NCBI GenBank assembly: GCA_002633005.1
Contig: NMRA01000387.1
Location: 1-64,000, forward strand
Source: Phoronis australis
Lineage: Eukaryota; Animalia; Phoronida
Length of the DNA: 64,000 nucleotides
Reading direction: 5' to 3'
The translations under genes and the position numbers were made by a program. Of this stretch, positions 12,692 to 24,961 are shown piece after piece; within the stretch, counting starts at the first letter, position 1, and the number at the start of each line of letters is the position of its first letter. A model generated the notes under the pieces. It had not been told where the DNA came from. It saw only the letters and a program-made list of their open reading frames with translations, and ran no database searches.

Positions 12692-13087
12692 TTCATAATT
12701 TCAGCGAAGGACTACTGCAAAGAAAGGGGTGAATCTTAATTTTGTGAAATCATTGCATTCACAGTTGGCTTCTTCACGGCATTGCGCATGGCCAACCCAG
12801 CAATCGCTTTTCGTCAATATACCACACGAAATAATTAACACAGTCCTCCTAATTACCACGGCTGCTACAAAACAATATTCTAAAATCAATATTTGCTTTA
12901 CTATCTTACAGAAAAATCCGTGAGAATGTTCTCTGACAGCTCAAGGTGATTTTATTTGTTCTTTTAATTTATCCCCTTCAAACAAGTTTGTTCTTCAGAA
13001 CTTATCTGTCAATCACGTCACCGTCAACAAAATAAAACGCATTGTTGGCTACGTCGTCACTCAGATTCGTAACGGCACGAGTGCATC

Positions 13088-13427
13088 ATGGACGTCTGCG
13101 GAAACAAATGTCCTGCATGGGCATTACTCGCCATTGGGTGGATAATCTGCGCAGGTGCAGAAAAAACAGCATCTGTGACGGAAAGTCTTTTTACGTTGAA
13201 GCCTGGTTCCATATCGGGTCAAGGAATAACTGTCTTGGCGAATACCACGAAAGTGTCCTTGAGCCGATGCGCGTTTGTCTGCAACGCTGTCGAAGAGTGC
13301 GACGGTGCTAATTTTGATAAGGGTGACCGTACATGCTTAATGCTGTCTTGGGGAACCAACCAGACTGACCCTCAGTCGGAGGATAATGAGTGGATGTTTC
13401 TGGCAAAGCAGAGGACAAAGTATCAGG
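13088..13427 (+). CDS. Gene A exon 1: signal peptide plus PAN/Apple domain
   Basis: Hydrophobic N-terminus WALLAIGWIICAGA. PAN pattern SLSRCAFVC-x5-CDGANF-x6-C. Donor CAGG|gtaaat. Confidence 0.85.
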
Positions 13428-13572
13428 GTAAATGATGTCTGTTGCTTGATTACGTAGAGGGACAGAAAGACATACAGACGGACAAACTACGTCACTCAGA
13501 TAGTATAGTGGGCAAATACAAAGCTTGAGAGACATACACATAGACAAATGGATGGATGGATGGATTTCGGGG

Positions 13573-13637
<65 letters not shown>

Positions 13638-16600
13638 AATGAGTGGTTGATTTGATAGGTAGATAAATGTACAGGCTTCTGTTCACTTAAACAGAACCGG
13701 CTAAGATTCGCTTCGAAATCTATTTTAGATAATTGAGATATAAAACAGGTGCAACTCGCGAATGTTCACGGAACTAGCTGCTCCTGGCGTAAATGTCTAG
13801 CAATTATCGTTGGTCAAACGCTCACTTACTTGGCCAACGATACTATCGTTGGCCAAATCGCTGAACGCTACGCAGGTAAGTTATGTGCGTAACTTAATTC
13901 TTGTTAGAGGCGTAAAGTAATTATTGCGGCGTAAATTAATACGTAAATTCAATGTTATCAATATAAAATTCAATCCTATTTGGTAAATTCAATACCATTT
14001 AAAAACTCTACCCTAAATTAACGAAGTCAATCCTGGTGCAAAGATTCAGTGTTTTGAAAATCAATGCTGCCGGGCTTGAGGAAACTGCTGAGCGCATTTT
14101 CCACCGACAGCTTTGCTTTTCCAAGCAGATTTGATTTTTTAAGAGTTAGGTTTGATTTTTCAAACACGATTGAGTTTTTCAAATTAGGTTTGATTTTTTC
14201 GAATAAGCAGTGGTTTTTTAGCAGCATTGATTTTAGGACTTCGGTTTGATATTTACGAATTAAGTTTGATGTTTCTATTAACTATTAGACTATATGTCTT
14301 GCCCTTTCCGCGCCCCTTTCCGACATGTTTTGCACACACACAGGAATTTTGCACGGATTCTTCAAGTTGCGTACAGTTCCACAAAGGGTATGTCGGTGTC
14401 GTCGGCGATGGAATTTGTAGGCTCACTCATTTTGACATTTTTCGCACTGGCAGACGACGATAGCTCGGGACCATCTCTGAGACTGTAGCATTCAGTGGTC
14501 GATGTGTGCTAGCTCCCTTCGTACACTGGCTTTCCCAAGGGGCATGGAACGCGAAAGCTCGTCAAAAATATCTTTTAAAGATTTCATGACGAAAGTACTA
14601 TCTCTCAACGTCTATAGAGTTATTCACTTTCCCTTGTGAGGAAATTTCCAGAAAAAAACCCACAAAATTCATGATTTTTGAAATACGCGTGAAGGAAAAC
14701 ACTCTCTAGTCACCATAGAATTTCAAATCTTCCTCCCGCTTAAGATAAATAGGAGAATGCGCTCACAGTCATCGGACAAACACTTGTCTGACAACATGGA
14801 TATCTCAACGGCAGATTATCATGTGTGATCGCACTATGACGCAAGCCTGAGGAGGCAGTGCGGCCTGGTTGATAAGTGCCCGCTTTCTTTACTCGATGTC
14901 GTGGGTTCGAGTCCCACCAGGTCACACTGCTAAACCCTTGAGCCAAGTTTCTAGCTCCTCAGCTCGGTTTTATAACCATATATTAATAAAGCATAAAAAT
15001 ATTTCCGGTGGAATGGGCCCACATGCGAGGCCTGCGCACGTCTGGTGCAACGTGTATCAGACCGCCTGCAATTATTTTTTATATGACGCAAGCCAGAATT
15101 CCAAATGCCTTTTAGAATATACGAGGGTATTTGAATACAGTGTCCGAAAATCACGCGACTTTACCGTACCACGATACCTTTGTAACCAATTTTAAACGGT
15201 TACGACTTCCACCAATTGCATCTTAATTGGACTGGCTGCTGCTTGAAGTCGCCATTGCTTTGTTTACATCAAAGGCTTAAGGTCACATTTTCAATATAAG
15301 GGAAATGTGGTACGTCTATGTCTTGCCATACCAAATAAGGAGACGTGTTTTGCCTTGTGGAAGGAAAATCGACGAAGGAACGAGCAGTCGACACTTCGTT
15401 TCTTGAAATTTGGAACTAAAAGAAAAATCCTTTGACATCAACAGAATTCATAATCTTTACGAACAAACCGTAAAAATACCTGGTGAATAGGTTGAATTCT
15501 GTTTCAATGACAGTGAACTACTTTGAATAATGTTGAAAGAGATCCAGACTTATTTAAATGCAAACAACGTCTGAAATGCCATGATCTGCCAAGCAATACA
15601 TATCTACCTGGGAATGATGCCCTGCACAGTGCGCGAAAACTATAGAACTTCACTCAAATGGATCCGTAACTACCACAATTCTTGCCGCGATTTTTACGAC
15701 TTGCGGATTTTCGTTTCAGTCTGTCTTACATGTATATGATGAATCAGTTTGCTCTGTTTAGCTCAGATTCTCGTCTACCTTTGTTCCACCCTTCCCCCGT
15801 AAGTGCAGCAGCTTTGCCGCGGTGCCTCCAGGTAAAGGTCTGCTTTCAAAGGTGGGAACAAACCAAAATTAATTTTAAGTCGCGCCCGGCGTTGTGTCCA
15901 AACTAGTGAAATCGCATCTTACAAGCGCCTTTTGCAGTCACGTTTTATAATACTACGCATGCCAAGAACTTGCCCAGTCACGTCCTTTCATTCTGTGTAT
16001 TTTCCGTCCAAAACACAGGACAATTAAGCAGGCACTTCTGAGACATCGCCATAAACGCAACATTGAAAATTTATCGAAAATACCAGTTTAAGTATTTAGC
16101 GCACTTGGGTTCATAGGTACCTTGACCAACATGTGACTTCTTGCAACCACACAACTTGCCTCGTGACAGTTAAACGGATACTAAACCCTGTTTTGATGAT
16201 TTAAATCCACACTTGTTCTGTTACCTGCTAATGCATCATTGGCGTCAATCGCGAAAAATAAAAACTGGAATCAACTAAAAACTCATACCCTCTATCTCAC
16301 AAATTGGAAATTATGGTCCTTGGTGGGTGGTCTTTTCATACAGTTGCCGTGAAATTCGTTTAAAGCGTAGGTCACGCTTGTCTGTTTCGCACACTTTTAA
16401 GAAGTTTTCAAATTTTCTTCAAAACGTTCGACAGTTGTCGAGGGTTACAAACCATTTTGTTTCAGAGAACTGGATAGAAACATCGTTTTTAGTGTCTGTT
16501 TATAGGCAAATATCGGGTTTGGTATCCTTTTAAGTGAAGTGTTGCAAGGACAAGCTTTGTGTCGTTTGCGTTGCTGGCACTGAAGTCCACTCTCCTTGGG

Positions 16601-19600
16601 CGCCGTCGCGGGACGGTAAGAATTTTGCTCATCACAGTTGGAATTCATTTTTAAAGGCATCTACTAAAAAGTTACTACGAGGCAAAAGGCAATAGTATGA
16701 CATTCGTTCGTAAACAGTTTAAGATTTTGATCCAGTAGATGTGTGTAAATTATGAGTAATCTCCAGGAGTATGAACTATGAAAATCTTTGATACAAACAA
16801 TTTGTGTCAATTTTTGTCATTTCCTTGTAAGTTGAATCCAATAACTGTCATTTCGAGCTTTGATCAATAATTGATGACAAACTGTCACATGTTCACAGGT
16901 AGCAAAGACTATCCTACTTCTGTCATTGACGGCACTAGGTGGCGCCCGTTTTGGTGGTTCAAGGCTGGAACACCGTGGCCCAGCATCGTCAGTGACGTAT
17001 TTCAGGGTAAGCAGCAGTCGAAATTTGGAAATTAAGTTTTTATATATCCAGAATAAGTACAGTTTGTGCATTTTAAGATCATATATTTATTAAATATTGA
17101 ATAACGAGGGAAACTGAATGTCGCGAGGTTTTTCCATTAAAAAGTTTTAAAATAAAGTTGAAAAGCGTGGAAAAAACAAATATTTTCATTTTCTGCTTGT
17201 TACACCCGATCACTATTTTATAATACATTGTTCAGTCATACTTACGGAGTTGAAACGAAACTCTTAGCGATGCAAAATTTCTAACCTTTTCAAGTTGGAC
17301 ATATGGTGAAACGAAATACATGCATGTACTGGCAGCAAGTTTCCTGAGCGTCTTCTCATAAGCAGCTGTCGGTTGTTTTGTATGGCTATTCCAGAGAGAG
17401 TGTCATCCCGAGAATATGGGAGGACTGTGAGGAAGCTAGAATCTAAAGAAGCCAGTACAGTGAATAACACGTCGTGGAATGAAATATGCAAACATTTGCT
17501 TCACTTGCAGACGAGTACGGGTCATGTGACCACAGCGCAACATACTGTTTTGGAAGACTTCCCGCCAGTCTGAAAGAAGATCAAAGCGAATTGTTGGCCG
17601 AAGATTCGGCAGGCACCGTATATAGGTGAGGTGGGGCTAAAATTTCAGTAGGATATCTTACACATATATATTGCAGACATTTAAATGTGGAGGAATTATT
17701 TGTCCAACAAATCTAAAAGTCAAACAAACGATTAAACTATGCACTAAGCTACTCCAAACTACAGCCGTTGACGGGAGATTTGTAACCGAACAGTTTAAAA
17801 CGCCAACCGATAATTAAAAGTTGCAAAACATACTTTATCGTAATGCCGAGTCACCATGAAACGCAATGCACTAAAATTGTTCGTGAATCTTTAGGGCAGG
17901 TGTCACCAAACTTAAAATTACATTTCATGCCCAAGAATTCTCAATGATTTTAAGAAATATCGGACCTTGTAGGTTACAAATTTCATTACATATAAATTAA
18001 CAGGGTTCCGCGACATATATACGTAACTTCATATTCTGAAAATTTGGCGGAGGCTCATTTATTCTAGGAAAATCTGGCAAAAACAATCCAGCGATCTCGG
18101 CCAGCTAACTAGAAACAAAACAGGACAGAGATGTGGGCACAAAACCCGGACACGCCTTGAATCTTGCATGCTGTTTATTTAACATATGTTTTGTACAATT
18201 TTAAACAGAAAATTGGTGTGCATAAGTTGAGCGCAATAGTAACGTGTAACACAGGTAAAGAGCAGTTTCTTGTTCTTGAATTATAGATGGAAATTCGATT
18301 CGTCCAACTCAGTCGCACACGCTACCTGGCAAGCTTTTCAAGACCGAGTTGCGTGCGACATTCAAGATGGAGATGGATGGATGCCAACAGTTGTTAGTGG
18401 TAAGTGGCGATAATACTGAGTTTAAGCATGCAACCTTGAGACGGGGCTATTACAGGCACGTGTTGTGAACTATGGATAAGTCAAACTCTGACGATTTATT
18501 TATTAATCAACATGGTGTAGCTTTCCTCTTTTGGACTTCGGATATACCATGTTTTTCATCCCGGTAAACGAGCTTCCATTTTTTATTGTTTCTGTGACAG
18601 ATTTTCCTCTGGTCTATTTTCCGTAGACAGCAAGACATCAGTTAGCACTTGAAAAACCTCCCGCTTATGGAACGGAAACACTGAATTCAATCCCACAATT
18701 CAGCACTCCAACTTCACTGACTAATCACTTAAGTGGTCGTCATTTTGCTCAGATAGTGGGCTGATAAGCACTCAGGAAACACTCGCTTTTCACTCACGTG
18801 ATTTTGCGAGATCTTGCTTTTCTTGCAAGAAACTTGGTCTATGGAACGCACTCCAGCTCAATGGGCTAATAGGCTTGTGTGCTGCGAACACTCACGGGTC
18901 ATTTATTCAGTAGTCAAATGCCCTGGTCAGTGCTTCATTCAAATACATGTAGGCCAAGCACTGAGTTCAGAGGGATTACATGCACACTCGAGAAACCAGT
19001 GACAAATTAGTTCAACCAGGAAGACATTATCCGATAATGCCTTGCTGGTTCAACGAAGTCTATTCAATTTGTATCCTCCTCAATAATTTATGTCTGCATA
19101 GGTGTTTCTCATGCGTCAACTTAGATGCAACATACGAGTTTTTTCTTACAGAAGTTTTATATCGAGTCTGTTGCCGGGAAGAAAGGGGTACATAAGTAGA
19201 TGTTTCCTGCTGAAACCCCAACCCCAAAATCTCTCAGTAGTTGGCCTTTTCATTTTCGTTGTTAACCCGCCTGAATCTGATGGAGAGTGGAGGAAGGGGA
19301 GGGGGGAGGGAGCTTCGCACTAGTGCTACATTATATGTCGTTCGTTACTCGCTGTATAAGATCTTGCCTACAAGACATGTCTCTTCTTTTTCAGGAAAAA
19401 ATCCCACCTCAGTTCAAGATTCCGTTCTGTACAAAGAGGTCTATGGTGTGACTTCTTACATGATTGACGACAACGGATGCAATTGCATGTCGACTCTCAA
19501 TATGGGTCACAGCATATGCACTTTCGGCCTCTCAAAATCCGAATTTGGAGTAGAGCTGTTGGACTCGGGCTGCGACACGCCCAACAACCGGAATGGATTG

Positions 19601-22533
19601 ACACTGTATTTCAAAGGTAAATGCATAATTGCATATCCTCCGTTAATGTGTGGATAAAAATGGATGACCGAAAGATAGTCTCTACATTTCAAACCGTGTG
19701 CTTTTCTCGTNTCAATCTCACAATTCAGCACTCCAACTTCACTGACTAATCACTTAAGTGGTCGTCACACTCGCTTTTCACGCACGTGATTTTGCGAGAT
19801 CTTGCTTTTCTTGCAAGAAACTTGGTCTATGGAACGCACTCCAGCTCAATGGGCTAACAGGCTTGTGTGCTGCGAAAACTCACGGGTCATTTATTCAGTA
19901 GTCTAATGCCCTGGGCAGTGCTTCATTCAAATACATGCGGGCCAAGCACTGAGTTCAGAGGGACTACATGCACACGCGCGAAACCAGTGACAAATTAGTT
20001 GAACCAGGAAGACATTACCCGATAATGCCTTCCTGGTTCAACGAAGTCTATTCAATTTGTATCCTCCTCAATAATTTATGTCTGCATAGGTGTGTCTCAT
20101 GCGTCAACTTAGATGCAACACGCGAGTTTTTTCTTACAGAAGTTTTATATCGAGTCTGTTGCCGGGAAGAAGGGGGTACATACGTAGATGTTTCCTGCTG
20201 AAACCCTAACCCCAAAATCTCTCAGTAGTTGGCCTTTTCATTTTCGTTGTTTACCCGCCTGAATCTGATGGAGGGTGGAGGAAGGGGGGGGGGGGGAGCT
20301 TCGCACTAGTGCTACANATTATATGTCGTTCGTTACTCGCTGTATAAGATCTTGCCTACAAGACATGTCTCTTCTTTTTCAGGAAAAAATCCCACCTCAG
20401 TTCAAGATTCCGTTCTGTACAAAGAGGTCTATGGTGTGACTTCTTACATGATTGACGACAACGGATGCAATTGCATGTCGACTCTCAATATGGGTCACAG
20501 CATATGCACTTTCGGCCTCTCAAAATCCGAATTTGGAGTAGAGCTGTTGGACTCGGGCTGCGACACGCCCAACAACCGGAATGGATTGACACTGTATTTC
20601 AAAGGTAAATGCATAATTGCATATCCTCCGTTAATGTGTGGATAAAAATGGATGACCGAAAGATAGTCTCTACATTTCAAACCGTGTGCTTTTCTCGTTA
20701 ACTACGGGCCGTTTTATCACAACCTCCGCCTTCGCGCAATATGTCTAGTAAGTTAGGTAGGGCATCAATTGCCATAGCTGAATACCTTACACACATTCAT
20801 TGGCTGCCTATGAAATTTCTTACTGGCTTCAAATTCGCTATATGTAGCACAAAAGGAAATATTTTTTTGTGCTCCCAGCCAGTTTCCCACCCTGTACGCC
20901 TTCAGCTGTTTTTGATTCGTGTATTTTGTTTCTTTCTCCTATGGTCCGGGACTCGAGTTTGGTCACCGGTTATGAGGTGTTATTTGAGCGCGTGTGGAGT
21001 AACAGGGCGTGGATATGGAGTTTGTAGGCCTACGCGTGTTTGCTGCTTCCCGGTCCGGGACTGGGTTTTACGGGGATTGAAGCTGGAATTTCGAACAGGA
21101 GCCATGGAATCGTTTACGCCTCCCGATGACTCATAAAGATCAATCATAAAGCTGATCAGAAACTGTCTTGAAGTGGTCGCAGCGTACCGACCCCCTAAGC
21201 ATCATTCTTGAAGAACAAATTCTAGCTGCAATTTCTAGCCACTTTTCGTCTCTGCTGACTGGTCAAAGCACCCTCTGACATAAAATAAAAATGAGCGATA
21301 ATCAACACATACCTGTCACAGTGCTAACTTAACGTTATTTCAAGAGATCACCATAAATAACAGTAGGCAGTCTTCTGTTATCAAGTTCAGCCTGAGTAGT
21401 AACTGAAGGTTTTAGCTTTAATTGCGTTATCGAGGCATGCGTTTCAGGGACGTTTTTGCCCGTAGGTCCTAAGTGCGCGCTTGCAAAATTAGCTTATGAG
21501 TGTACACCTTGAGCAGCGAGCGTACCACTACAATTGGTACCACAGCAGAGACTAGCTCATGGTTGATCCGGAAATGATGTCGAGTAACTTAGCAACGAAG
21601 GCTGGTTCTGCCAAAATGGCAGAGATTGGCCCAGTCATCACAATAATTTAATGTCATGTTGATGTCCACTGAGTAACGTAGCCCCTTTATCGTAATGTCC
21701 GCTAGTGCAGCAATGGAACGAGGCTGACAGTGTTCCGAGACTTGTTTCTCGGAAACGCTTGATCTTTGAATATCTGGTATTAAAAGTTGACCCATTTGCT
21801 TCATGTAAAATTGACTTGTAATCGGTCTCTTCCAATCTGTTGTTCATCCTATTTAAACAAATGCGCGTTCTACTCCCCGGTACACTTTCATTTTTCTCTC
21901 GCATTTTGTATTCAGTAGTCCACTGGTAAAGATAAAAACTGAATCACACGTACGGTTTGATTTTGTGTGCTCTTCGCCCTTGGTGTGAAATCATGTTACA
22001 CGGTTTCGCGTTGAAGTTTCTTGGGGCCTATAAGCTATAAAAATTAGGGAAAGGGTGTGGGCAATAACTTGAGCTGCCTCCGCTGGTCAAAATTTCTTCT
22101 TTCAGCCCTTCCCTAATCGTTGACAACCGTTCGCTACAATTTTCACTCTTCCCCTCATGTCGTCACACTTTTGAAGTGTCCCTTAGGTAGATTTTTTTAG
22201 ATTTATTCAGCTTAATGGATTTTAAAGTACTAATGGGTAAATGTCAGTACTTTATATTTTTGCTTCATTTGCTTGATTTTTGCTCTTGTTTGACGATTGC
22301 AAACGGGTTCACTGTTGACAGAATCGGAAAGGGTCTCACTAGCCCTTCTCTCACTAAATCCATAACAATTTTGTTTACACACCGTGTACAGTATAGTTGG
22401 AAATTTACCGAATGACATAGTCACTTGCACGTGTCTCTACTTCTTTGTTTCAGATGACGACGACTGTATTGGTGTCTCTTGTCCAACAGGAAAAAGATGT
22501 CGGGATGACTTTCATACCCATGTGTGCGAATGA
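13088..22533 (+). CDS. Gene A: secreted protein of 325 aa (signal peptide, PAN/Apple, uncharacterised Trp/Cys-rich domain, half-EGF), 6 exons
   Basis: join(13088..13427,16899..17006,17511..17625,18287..18399,19395..19616 [or identical 20383..20604],22454..22533) = 978 nt, open to the stop. All introns are GT-AG with phases 1,1,2,1,1. Exon sizes 108/115/113/80 are identical in paralog B. Confidence 0.85.
13580..13633. repeat. (GT)n microsatellite in gene A intron 1
   Basis: Perfect gt run, preceded by (tgga)n. Confidence 0.95.
14850..14960 (+). mobile_element. tRNA-derived SINE fragment
   Basis: A-box-like tgcggcctggttgataag, B-box ggttcgagtccc, then a cccttgagccaag core-like segment. No complete cloverleaf. 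Confidence 0.6.
16899..17006 (+). CDS. Gene A exon 2
   Basis: cacag|GT...CAGG|gtaagc. Reads GSKDYPTSVIDGTRWRPFWWFKAGTPWPSIVSDVFQ, 22/36 identical to B exon 2. Confidence 0.9.
17511..17625 (+). CDS. Gene A exon 3
   Basis: ttgcag|AC...AG|gtgagg. Reads DEYGSCDHSATYCFGRLPASLKEDQSELLAEDSAGTVYR, 28/39 identical to B exon 3. Confidence 0.9.
18287..18399 (+). CDS. Gene A exon 4
   Basis: ttatag|A...G|gtaagt. Reads WKFDSSNSVAHATWQAFQDRVACDIQDGDGWMPTVVS. Confidence 0.9.
19395..19616 (+). CDS. Gene A exon 5
   Basis: tttttcag|GA...AAAG|gtaaat. Reads GKNPTSVQDSVLYKEVYGVTSYMIDDNGCNCMSTLNMGHSICTFGLSKSEFGVELLDSGCDTPNNRNGLTLYFK. Confidence 0.85.
20383..20604 (+). CDS. Identical second copy of gene A exon 5 (probable assembly duplicate)
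   Basis: Same 222 nt and splice sites as 19395-19616, and lies between single-n joins. Confidence 0.5.
22454..22533 (+). CDS. Gene A exon 6 (4-Cys half-EGF, stop)
   Basis: tttgtttcag|AT. Reads DDDDCIGVSCPTGKRCRDDFHTHVCE*. Confidence 0.85.
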
Positions 22534-24296
22534 GATGATGGAATCAATTCATTTTCAATGTTGTTTTTATTATTTATCTTCGTGTTGGTTCATGATAATG
22601 ATAAGGGCGATGATATTGGTAATGAATCACAAAATTGAGAAAAAAATGCATCGTGTGGTTTGCTTGCTATCATCTTGATTTGGAAAATAATTTGAATCTG
22701 CCAGAATAACTCGGAAGGAACAGCAGCTATATCACACTTTTAAGGGAGTGAATGAAGTTTCGGACCTCAATTTTGTCGCCACCGAGATTGCGTTTACTAC
22801 ATTTTCTAACCTAGAAATGTGTCGATTTATCAATGATTAATATAAACTCTCTCGCTATACTGCTTTGATGGCTAAATAAGGGTGATAAACTGTGCTCCAA
22901 AAATCATTTTTGATCAGTTCCAAGACATAAGCAGTGAGCTAGGTAACATAATTAACTCTCGAATTTACATTACAAATTGAAATGGGCTCACTATGCAACC
23001 TTGGCCTGTTCCAATGACGTCATCAAAAAATTCTCTCACTCCTAGTTCATTATTTTTCAAAATCGTCAGAACACTGCCATGTAAAACATTTTTGTAACTT
23101 GTATCATAGCAGTTCATGTGGAATATTATCGAACGCACGGGAGAAATCAACAAAAAGAGCATAAACCGTCACCTTCTTTTTGTAATATATTTCTGCACCA
23201 TATCTTGTATAGTAAATATTTGATCAACGGTGCTATAACCCTTCCTAAATCCAGCTTGAGACTCATTCACAAGTTGCTTTCATTTGACCAAATGGCATTC
23301 TTTCACTTATACGCACCGAAAATGATTGAGTGCGTATGGTTCTCCTGTCCTTGTGTCATGTAAAACGTTCATCGCGAGCTCTCATTGCACAAGGAAATAT
23401 CCACGCACAGGACACGTTTATTGATTTCATACAAAGGGGCGATCACGTTCGCTTTCACAAGTGCACATATGTGTAGTACAACACCGTTTCTGAATTTCAA
23501 CAGGGCTGCTTATATCGCGATTTAGCAATCGTAAAGGTTGTCATGAGCTGGTATCAATATAAACGGAAACATCACGAGTATGCTTTAACAAATACTTAGA
23601 AGAATTGGGCCTAACAAGAATGTAAAAAAACACGACAAAGTGAAAAAAAGATACATATAAGAAATTGATAAATACACAAAACGTACCGAGAGTGGCGTTC
23701 ATGAAGTAATATCCCACGAGACATTATTCCGCGTATCGACCGAGGCATTCGGTCGAGTGGGATATTACTTCGTGTACGTCAATCGAGGTACGTTTTGTAT
23801 TTATCCCATGCGCTTCGAATTCCTAAATTGGTTTTATTTTTGGCAGATTTTTAAATGGTTTACTCAGACTGTTCACGTGGCGCATCCTATGTATGTACTT
23901 GCGCGTTAGGTTGCAAGGTTTGTATAGTAAAAGAAACAGTTTTAAATGTAAGTACATGTATTTATTACTTGAAAAGAGATGACACAGATGAAAACAACGG
24001 TAACCGTGCGTTGAACTTGTAACATCTTCTGAAAGTAGTTAAATAACAACAATATTTGATATTGTTACCGAGGAATCGGCGCCTGAGTTGCAGACGATAT
24101 AATATTTAGCAATGTTGAAAACTGCTGGAGACAGAATTCAGTGTCATATTAACAGTTTTGTAACAGATGTTACGTTTAGGGCCTGATTGCATGTCGAGTG
24201 TTATTTATACTGCTGCAAAAGTATTACTTTAAACTATATTCAGAAAGTTTGATGATCGAACTGGCCAACGACGTCGAGTCGACACTGACCCATTAA

Positions 24297-24961
24297 AGTC
24301 CTTCTCTCACGCGTTGTTAACCCTTATTACATGGTTAGAGGATGTTATAAAGATCCAAGAAGTACCTACCCCATAACTAATACACGATCCGTACTCGAAA
24401 ACAGTTTAAATGAACGGGCCACTCACAATTCGCACCCGAAGAACCACCGCCATTTTGAACTTGCCGCGAACCCGGAAGTACAATTCATTCAGGAACCCAG
24501 GCCGAGAAAACGCCGTCAGTGCAGCTAGAGCAGTGCCTGTACTGTTACCAGCCAGCAAACGGGGATAAAATAATCGACAGCGCGCCTTAATTTTAATAAA
24601 ATCAAACTACGGACAATTTTATTGAATTTGCTGAAGAAATGTGGCGAATAAATTTTGACAGAAATTATTTTGCCAGACTCAGGACCGCAGCCTATCAGAC
24701 CCGGTGCGGATCGAGACCAGACTGGCGAACGGTAAATGTATGCGGTTGCAAGCTGTTTTGTCGAAGTAAAATGGTCAAATCATAAATGCTGCATATATTC
24801 AAGGGTAGTTTCAGACACTTGCATGAAATTACGGGCTGGTTAGTCCTGTGTCACACTGCCGCGGCAGACCTTAGTTAGCCTCAGTCACCAGCTATCAGTG
24901 AAGACTATAGTCAAAATACAGCTTGTTAGTAGGCCTATACAGCTTTGCGCCAAGACTACTC
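24297..24961 (+). mobile_element. K1 Kolobok-type element, 5' part (cut by the n at 24962)
   Basis: TTAA (24293-24296) followed by agtccttctctcacgcg. The same site is empty at 5238 and 26241. Confidence 0.75.

Larger units (their letters stand above)
18686..20698 (+). repeat. ~1-kb tandem duplication containing exon 5, joined at n 19711 (second n at 20317)
   Basis: 18686-19710 is repeated at 19712-20698, and the part after the n at 20317 appears identical to the first copy. Confidence 0.85.

Noticed and set aside
13729-13876. Possible extra exon ending at the strong donor CAG|gtaagt, containing a 13-bp-arm palindrome (13830-13856)
   Set aside because: Gene B has no counterpart (its intron 1 is only 96 bp), and the model is complete and in frame without it.
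14850-14925. tRNA gene (also 30381-30423)
   Set aside because: A/B-box-like motifs only, with no acceptor stem or anticodon arm. Better explained as SINE-derived.
19241-19657. ORFs 19241-19657, 20352-20645, 36566-37024 and 2647-2940 as stand-alone genes
   Set aside because: Only the part between the splice sites is conserved between paralogs. The extensions are intronic read-through.
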